Source of the DNA: Reclinomonas americana ATCC 50394
Taxonomy: Eukaryota
DNA: 64,000 nucleotides
Reading direction: 5' to 3'
Assembly (NCBI GenBank): GCA_048213135.1
Contig: PS015082.1
Location: 162,466-226,465, forward strand
Shown one piece after another: positions 23,309 to 47,254 of this stretch. Made by a program: the position numbers and the translations under genes. Position 1 is the first letter of the stretch; every line of letters begins with the position of its first letter. A model generated the notes under the pieces. That model saw nothing but the letters and a program-made list of their open reading frames with translations. It was not told where the DNA came from and searched no databases.

Positions 23309-26300
23309 TCATGTGGCCACAAAGAACGCGTGATCTGTGCGACGTGTGGGAAGTGAGTGGCCTCATCCGTCGCAGGTGTGCTTTTAACTACTTACCCAGC
23401 AGCTCCTCGACGGTGGGCCGTTCACTTGTCTCCCTGTGTGATGAGAAATGCATGCATGAATGAGCTCATGCAATGCGTGTTCGTCTCCGGTTTGTGGGAA
23501 GTGCGTAAACGCAACACAGTGAGGCAGGCGTCGATCAGGTCGCGCAGGTCGCCGGTGATGGCGTCGGGTATCTCGGGGCGTTGACCGCTCACCAGCGCGC
23601 CGATGATTTGCCACTGCGGGTGGATGGTGAGAACGATATCGACTGTGCAGAGAAGTTTCTCATTCGTACACACCTTGGTGGCATTGCCAAACGGTCGCAC
23701 ACCGGTGGACAGTTGCAGCGCCACGCAGCCAAAAGACCACACATCCGCCTGCACACGTGCCCACGTGTCACTCGACAGCGCCGAGGCAAAGTGTCCATGA
23801 GAAAAGGGCGTGACGGACGAACCTTGAAACCGTACCGCACCAACGCTTCCTCACTCGAATCGCCCTTTGACATCGAGGGACGACACACCTCGGGAGCGCA
23901 GTAGGCGGGCGCTGTGCACATGCGTCGTCAGTGGAGTGAGAGAGAGGGAGACAAAGGGGCGGAGGGGAGATGGGAAGCGCACGCAACTGCCCTTGTTCTC
24001 CGTCGCTGTTTGTGTTTCGGCGTCGAGAATCTTGCTGCAACCAAAGTCGGCCAGTCTGCGACAAAAGCCCGGCGGGTGAGCAGTCACCACAAACACAAAC
24101 ATACACGTATTGCCCTGTGCGCAACTTGATTACCGCTCCATGACTTCCACTGCACAAGAACACTTGGTAAATATCAACTTCAATATCAAGATCAAAGGCG
24201 TCGCCACTCACCTCGACAACAACAGGTTCTGCAGCGAGCGACAGAGAGTGTGAGTGTACGCACAAGAGAGCGAGAGCAGTGACAGAAACACGACGAAGGA
24301 ACCTGAGGTTTCAAGTCTCTGCAATGGCACCACGCATTAGTAAAACCCTCGCCTTTTACGAGGACAGGAGCAGCGGGCTCACCGATGCGCGACAAAGTTC
24401 GAATGCAGGAACGACAAGCCGCGCAAGATCTGCTGCAAATACCTGCCGTCGACACCGAAATGATTATCAGACCGCGCCCCGCCAGGCTCTCCTCATCGAA
24501 GGACACCACGCAACTCGTGCAGCACTTCAGTGCCGAGCGGGCCAAACGACGCGAGCTGGTCGGTGAGGGAGCCACCGCTGCAGTATTCCATGACTGCGCG
24601 AGGAGAATTGTGAGTTGACGCAACACCTGCACGCTCCACAGATGGCATAGACACGCACCAATGTGCACTGAGCGGTTCTTGTAGGCCGCGTGCAAGAGGT
24701 GCACCAGATTGCGATGTCTCAAGTTCCGAAGCAGTGAGATCTCGCTGACAATGTCGGCCACCTGGCGCGCCGACGACTCGTTCAGCATGATGCGGATCTT
24801 CTTCACCGCCACCTGCGTGCCTCGCTGCGGGCCGCTGGTGATCATGCCGAGATACACCTCGCCGAATGAACCACGACCCAGCTCGCGATCTGCTCACAGC
24901 ACACAGAATGAGCGCCGACAACATGGACTGTGCCCTGTCCTCCACAAGGCGCACGAACCGCTGACAGTGTAATCGAATGGCACCGAGTCCTCCACCGCAT
25001 TCGCAATGACCTCGGCCACTTGCCGCTCGAACTCGGCTTGCAGAGTTGCAGAGTCCACCGGAGACGCCACTGCGCGATCGATTTGCAGCGTCGACTGCAC
25101 AGCATCGTCGGAGCTGCTCGACAGCCCGGACACGGTGGCTGTCAAACGGCGGGTGAGTGACACTGCCGAGTGAAAGATGAATCGGCGCACACGCAACAGC
25201 TGCCCGACGATCCACTCGACACAGGCATCTCCAGCGCGAATCCGGGGAACGCCAGCAAGCCTGCCCGAGTGGAACAATTTAGAGACATGGACAGGACTCA
25301 ATGTCGCGGCATCTTCGTCTCACGCAACGATCAGCAGGGAAACTACTCTGCAAGACATTGCGCATGGAGCGCAGCGCCGGCGACGGCACACCGAGTTCCT
25401 TGGCCGCCGTCCAATTGTCCAACAGGTTCTCCACGGTGAACACAAACTGCGAGTCGACGTCAAGACCCTTGCGACACAACACACAGGAGCGAAAAAAAGA
25501 AAACACACGCAACATTGTCGGCCAGCTTGGTGGACAGTGCCTGCACCTGGGCCGGCGGCCACTTGTTGGCCTGAGCGACCAGCTCCAGCAAATCACCGAC
25601 AGTCGACATCATGGTCAGCGTTGTCGTCGTCGTCTGCGGTGGCCTCAGCAACTTGGAGGGAGCGGCCTGCTGCTGCGACGGCCCCTGCAACTTCGGAGAC
25701 AGCGGCATGCGCTTAGTGGGCTTCTTGATCCCGACCGAGTCTTGACTCCCGTCACTGACATCATCATCGTTGGCGACAAAATCGTCGTTGGCAAAGTCAT
25801 CGTTGGGCGTCGGGCTCGGAATGCTCCGTCGCTCATCGTCGTCGCCCTCCGAGTCACTGAAATTGTTCTCCGAGTCGGAACTCGCCCGGTTCTTGCTCAT
25901 CACCTTCTGCAGCTTCTTCTGCACTTTCTTCAGCGGCTTCTTCTTCGGCATCTTCTTCTTGTTCTGCGCCACCGCAGGCTCTTCCGTCTCCTCCGCCATC
26001 GGCGACTCGGTATACGACGCCATACGCGCACGCGTCGCTCGCGTCGGCGCCTTTCCCATCTCCGACATCAGCTCATCGGCCTGCTGCGACACCTTGCCAA
26101 TCTGCGCCCTGTTTTGCCATACAGAGTAAGCCGCAAACGAAACCACACGCACACAAGGAGCAGAAGCGCGACGGAACCGTGTCTGCGACACCTCCAGCGG
26201 AGTGGCGGCCGCAGCGAATCCTCCGGCCACCGACGACTGCACGCAGCAAACAACTCAGCACGTAGCGCCAGTGTACGTTGAGGATAACGCAAGGATAGTC

Positions 26301-26843
26301 GCACCATAACGTTAGAGGACTTGCCGGCGGGTTTCATGGACGGCGCCGGTGCAGAGGCGGCCTTGGTCTTGGTCACGGGCGAGAGATCCAGCGACCGAGG
26401 CGGAGAAGGCGCCGGCTGACGCTTCGACGCCACTGGCGGAGCTGGAGGCGGAGCGTATGCTCCAGGCGGAGAGTACGCTCGAGGCGGAGAGTACACTCGA
26501 GGTGGTGCCTGCTAAACACGCTCAGTTGCCACACAACGCAGCGACAAGAGATGGACAAGAGCGAACCGCCATCTGCGAATACTGTTCACATGAAGAGCCA
26601 CAATGAGCCGCGCTCTCTTACAGACACACGCGCGCGCGCGTGACAGCGACTCACCGCCAGTGAGTTCGACGTGTTGAACAGCGCATGATCGGCCTCTTGC
26701 TCACTCCATCCCGAGGGCGGAAGCCGAACTGGCGGCGCTGCTGACTTGCTCTCTGCGGCGGCAAAGGTTGACGAGGACAGCCGAGAGGAAGGCGCTGCCG
26801 ACTTTTTCGATGGAGCTGAGGAACGTGATTTGCTCTTCTCCAT
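23309..26843 (-). CDS. Ser/Thr protein kinase, STE11/MAP3K-like, with a SAM-like region and a long low-complexity N-terminus
   Basis: LGRGSFGEVY, VAVKK, HRDLKPQN, KLADFG, GTPAYCAPE, DVWSFGC and RPT..ELLDHAF after splicing. Confidence 0.88.
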
Positions 26844-26941
26844 GATGAAAGTACTAGTGGACTACCAAGAAGATGAAAATACACATCACGCGTTCTCTGC
26901 AACTGTGCGCATCGAGACGCACTGTTGTGGTGGGCTCTCTC

Positions 26942-34426
<7,485 letters not shown>

Positions 34427-34477
34427 TATCTTGTTTGATATGTTGGCAAAAATGAATGTTCCTGTTTCGCTTCTCGT

Positions 34478-38216
<3,739 letters not shown>

Positions 38217-38631
38217 GGATTGCGCGATGACGATGTGGGACAACAATGATCACACTCTCGAAGTGATATGCAGGCAGGAGAAGGAGGAACGAGAAGCCTC
38301 CTGCCGCGTGCCTCGCTGCAAAGTCCAACACTCCACGGCCAGCTGCTGGCGCGCGCCTGTGTTCGACGTTCGCAGCGAGGTCAAGCACGTGAAATGACGG
38401 TGGTCGCCGCGTGTGGTCATGAAGACACAGCTGCGAATGCATGCGCCAGCATTGATATATCTCCGTCGGTATGCACATATTACACCCAGAGAACAACACT
38501 GCTGCTGGCAAGCGCAGCACCGTCAAAGTGCGTCCGGGTTTGCCTCAAAACGTTTTCGCGCGCGAATTTAGTTTGGTTGTTCGTCGCGTGAGCGCGCGTG
38601 TGAGCCCGCCCATGGGCTGCTCGTGGTGTAG

Positions 38632-41450
38632 CCCCGAGATGCACACTGCCGGGGTCGCCACTGTGCAGCCGACTGTCGACGTACCACCGTCGCAGCAGGA
38701 GACCCCACACGATGACGAATATGACGACACCACACGCACGCCTCTTCCACCACCACCACCATCGATTCGAAGGCGACCGCGACGACGCACAGCAGAGTTT
38801 GCGTACTTGCACGGGGCAGCGACACCAGGCGAGCCTTTACCGCCTGCTGACAAGCAGGAGACAACATCAACAACAACGACAACAGCAACAGAGGAGAGTG
38901 TTGGTGTTGCGGGGGAGGATATGACAGTGCCGGAGCAGTTGCCTCCACCGCCGGCTGTGATGTTGTTGTTGCCAGCAGCGGGCATTGTGTGTGATGATGG
39001 TGAGTGTGTGTGACTGTGTGTGCCGAAACGGACTCTTGCTCAGCTTGTTGGCAGTGTGTCGTGGCGAGGTGTGTGTGCGAGCGGAGAGACCGTGTGCGCT
39101 GTTGTCGCTCACGTTGCATGTGAGATGCATTGGTGAGTGTTGTGTGTGTGTGTGCGGCTTGTGTGTGCGTTCAGTCGCTCATGGTTGGTGTGCAGAGGAG
39201 GTGCATGCGAGACTGGATGGAAGCGATGGTGCGTTGTTCCGCCCTCTCACAGTCGGTTCCTCCCCGCACCTTCTCATTGTACGCACACGCACCAGGGTTT
39301 ACTGACAAGCGCGAGGACTATGTCGTTGCTTCGTTCGATGTTCCGCTGCCACACACGGAAGGTTGGGCGGCGACAAAGACACCTTCATCAATTCTCTGAC
39401 TGACAGACGTGCGTCGATATCTTTCTCGCGCGTTCACAGACAATGCGACTCGGCTGCACGCTCGCGTCCACACCGACGCACAGTTGACGCTGCCGTTCGA
39501 GTTCCCTCTGCTCCACACTGTGCATTGCAGTTTGAGCAGCGTAAACCTGGATGTGCCCGAGACGCTGGCGGCGTCGGGTGTGCTGCCCATGTCGAGTGCC
39601 GCCATGGCCAACAACAGCATGGGCGTCGAGTACCGCATGTGGGCCGAGTGCGTCTACGGCGGTCCAATGACGGTGTGCAGTCTTTGTTGATAGCGCGCTC
39701 CTTCCTCATTCTGCGTGCGTCTCATCATCGCTCCACATAACTCGCAGGCCTCACCACGCGACACGGCCGTGTCGGACGAGGCGCAAATGTACGTGCTGCA
39801 CAAGTGGCCGTTCTCGCTGGCCGAATGCCTGGAACCACGCATTGTCAGCCACTCTGTGCTTCCTCTGCGGTGCGCCTGCCTCCCTCTCTCTCCCTCACTC
39901 CACGCACTTCCCTCATCGGTCTCACGCACGATCCGCAGTGCGACGCTGCCGCAGACTCTGTATTACCCTGGCGCCACCATCCCGGTGCATTTCGAGTGCA
40001 TGCCCGAGCGCGCTCCGAGCCCTCGTGGCCATCTCGGCGTGGCGGACAATGTGTATGGCGTGTACAGCTTGGTCGACGCGCTTGTGCCGGGCATGGAGGA
40101 GTCCATCAATTCCAAGAGGCACCATCGCCCCCGCAGTCGCAGCGCCAATTCCTCACGCGACGGCGACTTCCTGTCTCCCCACAGGTGTGTGGCGTGTTGC
40201 TGTCGTGGTGGGAAGTGCTCTTTTCTCACACTCGTTTCTGTGTGTTGCGCCAGGCACGCGAGTTGCGGGAGGACTGGCACGCTGTGAATGTGTGCCTCCG
40301 TTTATCGTGAACTAATCGCCTTGTGTCTGTGCAGTCGATCCGGTCGTGGTCGTGGCAGAGCTCGTACGCAGCGTGCGATTGTGCGTGGATCAACGCAAGG
40401 CGACAATCGACACTGTGCTGTGCCGATGCACGGCGCACAAGGACCAGTTTGCTGTGAGTCGCTGTCGTCACTCATGTGAGAGCGGCGATGCGAGTGCTCA
40501 CTCGTGCCGGAACAGAATTTGCGACTGGAGGTGCCAACAATCGTTGCTCCGTCGGGCTACAGCGACCTGGTGCAGTTGCAGTACCTGGTCCGCTTGACCG
40601 TGGCGATGGATCGCGAACGGTCAAACACCATTCAGATGAACATTCCGGTTCGTCGCGAGGACACCTGTTGCTTGCGTGCGACGATGCACCGACTGACTGG
40701 TGAGCGGGTGGAAAACAACAGATCATGGTCACTCATCCACGATGCGTGCCGGATCCGAGCGCGACCGGTCAGTTGCCATACGAGGCATACTTGAACAACG
40801 CACCGGGTACGTGCCTGTGCCATGCCTCCCGAAAATCCTCCACCCCATGTATGTCACTCACCGGGCGATCTTCTCGCACAGCGTACACCTCCAGCTCGCC
40901 CCCGACCGGACTTGGTGCGTCGGGAAATGCTCTCTTGGCGGCAGCAGTTAGCTCACTCTTTCCCGCAGACTTTGTGCGAAGGATGCCGCAAGTGGTGTCG
41001 AAAGTGCCGGAGATTCTGCTGACTCCGTCAGAACATCCGCCTGTCGCCTCTCGTGTACGTAGCGTGATGGATTTGTTTCGTTATTGGTGTATACATTTAT
41101 GAACTGCGTGTTGTACGTGCAGGATGGGCTCACGCTTGTGACCGCCGGCGACGTGACTCTGGAGTACAACCAGCGCACGTTGCGTCCATCTCCCTCAAAC
41201 GCGGCGAGCGCCTGTAGCTGATGCTTGATCGCTTCTCTCTTTGTGCTGCAGTGGAGAGACACGCCGTCTCCCGGGAGTGGTGGCTAGTGGAAGCGGCATC
41301 GGCCAGCCGGCGGTGCTCGCTGGTGGCAGTGGCACAACTGCCACTGCGTCGACCATCCCAGTGGCGACCAGACCGAAACACGAGGTGGTGAACGGGCGGA
41401 CGTACTCCTACGATCCCCCAGCGAAGACAGCCGCGGCACCGGCGCTGTGA
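38632..41450 (+). CDS. Alpha-arrestin-like protein
   Basis: LPFEF.L...P.T, GVEYR..AE, yyPG..IPV, L.VP...PSG.SDLVQLQY.VRL.V...I.M.IP arrestin-fold patterns; MGCSWC N-terminus; exon structure approximate. Confidence 0.65.
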
Positions 41451-41573
41451 GAGCGAACGGGTGTGCGTGTGTGGTGTCTGGTGACAATGCCCAAGTTGCA
41501 GTTGTTGTTGTTGTTGTTCTTTTTCTTTAATTTGAGTGCAATGAATGTGTGCTTTATCTGTGCGATACTACTA

Positions 41574-43450
41574 CTACAAGTCGTCGCCAAGGTCTATTTC
41601 CTCTGGATTCTTCTCCACGGCGGCCGACGCAGCGTGGGCGGCGCACTCTTCGTCGCCGTCAACGTCGTCAATGTCGATCTCTTCTGGGTTGCTTGCCGCT
41701 GTGTGTGTGGGGGGTCAGTCAGCAGTGAAAACAACTGCACCGTGCACCCAACAGCACACGAACCAGCAGTGGCGGCGGCAGCAACCTGCGCATAGTACTG
41801 CATGCTGGAGCTGCCGGCGCCGGCCGAGGCCTCGGCCGCCGTGCCAGCCACGTTCGGCAGGTGTACCAAGTTCTCAATGTCGATCAGTGCGACAAACTCG
41901 TCCGTCTGTGGATTGGAGAATGCATCCGGGCCCAGCATCTCCGGCTGCGAGTACCTGCCCGGTACGTACACTTGCTTGGTACGCGTAAAGTTCTCCGGCA
42001 CAGCCAGAGTGCCTCCACGCCGCTCGTGAACGCGCTGTCGCACCGCCTCCACCTCCTCGTCGCTCACCGGCCAGTCGGCACTGCAGCATCGCGAGGGTGA
42101 GTGGGTGGGTGGGTGAGGTGACGAGAGGCAAGGAGAGCACAAAAGCACGCACGGGGTGCCGTCGGGAGCGCGTGGAATGTAGAGGCGACGCCGACGCGTG
42201 TCGACCAGCGGGTTGCACTTGCGCAACACCGCCAGCCACTCTTCGTCGTAGCTGAATTCGGGCATGTCGGGCGTCCAGGTGGACGACGGTCGCACCTCAA
42301 TCACCTGCAGGAACTCGCGCATGGGCAGGCACTTGTCGAGGGCCAGGAACTTGGTCTCGGCTCCACTCGGGTGTCGCACCAACGCCGAGAACTTGCAGTG
42401 ATGATGTGCGGAGAACCAGTACCGAGGCTGCAGACGATGCAGCAGGTACTCGGAGGCCGGACTGCCAAACTGGTCGCGCTCAATCTGTTCGCTCAACCGC
42501 ACTGGGTCAATCGCACCGCCTTTTTTTTCTTGCTGGAGAGCACATGTACGACGAAACATCTTCCCGAAAGAACGGCTTCTTCTGCAACAGCCAGCTCTTG
42601 TTGCCGTACTCCCAGATGTTGCGTGGCCAGTCGTGCGAGAGGAACACATCCACCGGCCTTTTCACCTGTGCCATCTTGAAGATCTCGAGCTCCCGCGTGT
42701 GATACATGGTGATCACGTCCTTGGGCGAGAACGGCGGAAACTCGTGCAGACCTGTGTGCAGTGCGCACCGGTCATCGACGAGAAGGAGAGAAAGACAGAC
42801 ACAAGCTGCGCACCACTCTCAAACGTCCTCGAGTCGTAGATGCCCGAGAGACCGGCGATCCGCAACCCCCGAAAGTTGACCACGCCCGACGCCCCAATGT
42901 AGTAGATACGCGGTGCCGCCCAGCCTCCATAGTACCTGCCATGGCAAAAGCTCACCAGTCACCAATCTTTTGCTCGACCGCAGCGCACACATGAGCGACT
43001 CAACAGTTCCTTTTGGTGATTCGAGGCCTCGTGGTTGCCGCCAATGTACAGTGTGAGACACGGCGCCTCCAGCTCACCCGAGTAGTACTTGTAAAAGGTC
43101 TTCATGTCGCGGTACTTGGGCTTCAGATTGCAGCATAGCAAGTCGGTCTCGTTGCGAACGGCCTGCGTGCATGCATGTGAGAGAGAGACCGAGAGAGGAA
43201 GGAGACAAGATAGAGGAGGAGGCGCACTTGAAAGTCGCCACAGCAGATGAGCAGGTCGACATGCACACCGCGATGGTCGCGCATGTAGCGAATGGACTCG
43301 TAGATCTCATCAAGGTCGCCGTGTGCGCAGCCCTCAATGGCAATCTGTGTGGCAAGTGTGCGTGAGAGAAGGAGCAGTGAAGAGAGAGAAAGGCGGGAAG
43401 TGGCAGCACGCAACTCGCACAGTGCGCGGCTCACTCTCACTCTCACTCAT
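41574..43450 (-). CDS. DBR1: Lariat debranching enzyme
   Basis: [65 protein letters not shown]-terminal NPEEID repeats. Confidence 0.95.
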
Positions 43451-43507
43451 TGGATCACTCATTGTTCACAAAACGCAAAGTTGTCCTTGAGGACGACGAC
43501 AAACATA

Positions 43508-45053
43508 ATGCGCGTTGCAGTGTGCGCCCTCGCACTCCTCCTGCTGTGCACTGTGGCACTGTGTGCTGTTGCGTGCCCTTACTCTTACTCACTCACGCCT
43601 TCTCTCGCAGCTCACACTTTGCACACAGTCAGCATCCTCCTCTGATCACACCTCCAACTGGGCGGTTCTCGTCGGCACCTCTCGCTACTTTTTCAACTAC
43701 CGACACGGTGCCGATGCACTTGCATTGTACGCGTCTCTGCGACGCGCGGGCTTCCCAGACTCGCGCATCATTCTCATGTTGGCCGACGACTTTGCTTGCT
43801 CCACGCGCAATCCACACCCTGGAGTCATTCTGTCGGGCGCCGCACAGTACGCCACCTCTGCGTCGCTGAAACTCGCGGAGGGAGTCAGTCGGTGTGGGAA
43901 GGCACGCAGATCGCCGCTGTCGCAGGAGGAGAACACGGGTGAGGCGGATCTGCTAAGTGGTGGCTTGTACCCGGCGGATCTGGAGGTCGACTATCGCGGG
44001 TATGAGGTGTCGGTGGAGAACTTTCTGCGCTTGTTGACGGGTCGGTGGCCGGCGGAGACACCACTGTCGAAGCGACTGGGCAGTGACAGTCAGTCGAATG
44101 TGTTGGTGTACTTGGCGGGGCACGGTGGCGATCAGTTCCTCAAGTTTCAGGATGCGGAGGAGATCGACAGTCAGGAACTGGCCGATGCGTTGCAGCAGAT
44201 GCATCAGCGGCAGCGGTATGGGCGGCTGCTGCTGATTGTGGACACGTGCCAGGCCATGTCGCTGTTTGACAAGATCGACGCGCCGAATGTGGTGGCCGTC
44301 GGCAGCAGTTTGCTCGGGCAGAGTTCACTGGCCGTTGCGTGTTGTGAACGATGAGATAAGAGGGGAGAGGAGCAACAGGGACTCATTCGTCGCGTGTTTG
44401 CAGTCGTGGGTGAGCGAAGAGCTCGGCACACCGATGCTCGATCAGTACACCAACAAGCTGGCGGCCTTCTTCGACATGTATATGGAGAAGCAGGATGTCA
44501 CGCTGCAGGATATGGTGCGTGCTGGCAAAGTCGGTGAGCGGGTGGGTGAATGGTTTGGTATGCTCAAGGAATTCTTGTGTTTCTCGTCGCCTGGCAGGTG
44601 GATGTGACGAAGCGTGAGACGCTTACCTCCACGGTGGACGTGCGACACACGTTGCCGGTGGGAACCACCCTCTCCGATGTTGCGTTGAGACTGTGGAGAC
44701 AGCCGCGGGCCATCGTCACAGCGACTCACACTCTCGCACACGTGCAGCTCATGTTTGCCGACTTTTTCGCTCACCGCGTCCACGCCAACACCACCGACAC
44801 GGAACGCACGACGCTGTTGCCATCGACCCCGCCTCCACCAATGCCAGACGCGCCGGAAACAGAGTCGCCATCGCCGAGGACGACGACGACAACTACAACA
44901 ACTGCGTCGGAAACGACGACAACGGCAGAGACACGGGAGAGCCAGCAGCACCTGATGACGGTGATTGCCGTGGCGGCCTCAGCATTGGCGCTGCTCTTGT
45001 CGGTAATACCCACCGGCAAGCCAAAGTTCAGCAGGGAAAGGAGAGACGAGTAA
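43508..45053 (+). CDS. GPI8: GPI-anchor transamidase catalytic subunit (peptidase C13)
   Basis: Signal peptide, NWAVLV.TSRYFFNYRH, EVDYRGYEVSVENFLRLLTGR, GHGGDQFLKFQDAEE, DTCQA, C-terminal TM helix. Confidence 0.95.
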
Positions 45054-45111
45054 AAATCGAAGACAATTAGCGCGAGCTTGCCGCAAACCACTGCGAGGGT
45101 TTGTCATCGAA

Positions 45112-45986
45112 ATGCACGCACAGCTTGCGGTGAAGCGAGTGGCGCTTGAACTGGAGCAGCTGGCCACTGAGCCCCCACCAGGTGTCTCTGCGTACCCGAG
45201 CAGCGAGGAGAGTCTGTACAGACTGACAGCACGTTGTGTGATGATCATGCGAGTGGTCGTGCCTATCTCTCTCTCTTCTTACCTCTCTCTCACGCAGAGA
45301 TCGATGGACCGCAGGAGTCTCCCTACGAGGGCGGCGTGTTTCGCCTGGACGTGAGCATTCCTGATCGGTCTGTGCATGTGAGTGTGTGCATTGGTTATCA
45401 TCTCTCTCACTGTCGCACACACAGATATCCACTCGAGCCACCCAGTGTGCGCTTTGTGACCCCCATCTATCATCCCAACATTGACTCGGAGGGACGTATC
45501 TGCCTCGATCTGCTCAAGATGCCACCATCGGTTTGTCAATCGTCTCACTTCTCCTGCTTTTCGTGTCCTTCTTGCCTGAGTGTGTACGTGTGACAGGGTG
45601 CGTGGCGACCATCGATCAACCTGTCGACGCTACTGTCGTCGGTGCGGCTGCTCATGGCGGAGCCGAACCCCGACGATGGTCTCATGGGTGACATCACCGA
45701 CGAGTACAGGAACAACCGTGCGCTGTTTCTGCGCAAAGCACGCGATCGCACACGGCTGCACGCCAATGGTGGTGGCGATGATGGTGCCGGGGGTGCGCAG
45801 GCGGCAGCCGACGAGTCGCGCAAGAGACCACTGTCGGCCATCAGCAGCAGCGCGACTGTTTCGGCCACCGCCGTCACAGCAGCAGTGTCAACTGTGCCAA
45901 CGCCGTCGCCGCCGACAGCAGTTGTCGAAGAAGAGGAAGACGAAGACGAGGACGAGGACGCGCCACTCAAGAAGCGACGCAAGTGA
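45112..45986 (+). CDS. UBE2T: Ubiquitin-conjugating enzyme E2 T-like
   Basis: [53 protein letters not shown]; acidic/basic tail ending PLKKRRK (NLS-like). Confidence 0.85.
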
Positions 45987-46010
45987 AACAGGGAAGCAGA
46001 CGTGATACAC

Positions 46011-47193
46011 TCATGACGGCTCCAGCAAGTGAGCAGCCAGTCGCACTCGTCGGTCGCGCGTCACATCGACCACCGCCAGCCGCTTGAGCAGGAAGAGATG
46101 ATCGTCGTGAACGGGAAAGCTGCCGTCCAGCGCGATACCGTCGCCCTTGGCCTCCAACAGTTTGTCACACAGCTCGACCAGTCCCTGTGAAGACAAGTCA
46201 AGAGTCTGTGCTGCCAGTCCTTCTGTCTCACGCTGGACGCAACGGGCATGCCATCTGCTTGCACCTCCTCTGTCGCATCCACATGAGCCGCAATCTCCTT
46301 CAGCTGCTCACGCAACACCGTGCGCCGTGCAAGAATCGCCTGTCGCATCTGTTGCACCTCGTCGCCACGCGTCGTCGTCATCGCCGACGGATTCGCCACA
46401 CCCATGTCGGCCAGTTTGCGCTGCAGCTGCTGGCGGATCTGCTCGTGCTCCTCGCTGTACTGCTGCTCTCTGCACGCGCGCGCACACACACGCCGCAATC
46501 GGCATCAGACGCAGACGAGGCGCAACGAGCGCACAACCAACGCAACAGTTCGCAGTCTCGCTGAGTGGCCTCTCGTCGTGCTCTCGACGCCACCAGTGTG
46601 CTCTGCAGCTCTTCCACCGCACGTCGCATCATCAGCATCGTCTCTGCATCGTCGCCGCTTGTCGTGCGTGAGCTCTCTGCGCCCACACTGCGTCAACAAA
46701 CACTGCACACACACTGCGTCAACACATCACTAGCAGTCACACACCTGCCGCCAGTGGATCGAGGCACTCCAGACGTGCAATCTCACTGCGAATCGTGGCA
46801 ATCGCTTGACCAGTGCGCGATGAAGGCTGGCGAGCAGGAGCGCTCCTCGACTGCACAGACAACACCGCGGTGTCACACACACAACGAGAATGCACACGCG
46901 CGCGATTAAAAAACACGCGCGAACCAGTGATGACAACTGATCAATCTGCGTCTGCAGCTGCGCACACGACTCTCGCACACGTCTCGTCTCCGCGGCAATC
47001 GCTGCACCCTCCTCGGCATCCACCTGCGCAATGCACTGTGAGTGATCAAGTGAGTGCGCAGTGGTTTTTTCCGATCGCCAACCTCGTGGTGTCTCAGTTG
47101 CTGCAGAAGCGCAGTGTGCTTGGTGGAGCACACGCGCGACACACGCGCTGCGAGTGCTCGAGCGGCGAGAACACGCGCAGTGGGGTCGCCCAT
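46011..47193 (-). CDS. Hypothetical coiled-coil protein
   Basis: Spliced exons with heptad-rich E/Q/R sequence; boundaries approximate. Confidence 0.5.
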
Positions 47194-47254
47194 GCATGCA
47201 GTACAGAGAAAGGCTTTCGTCGATCGATCACGTGTCACTGTTCATCGCCTAGCC

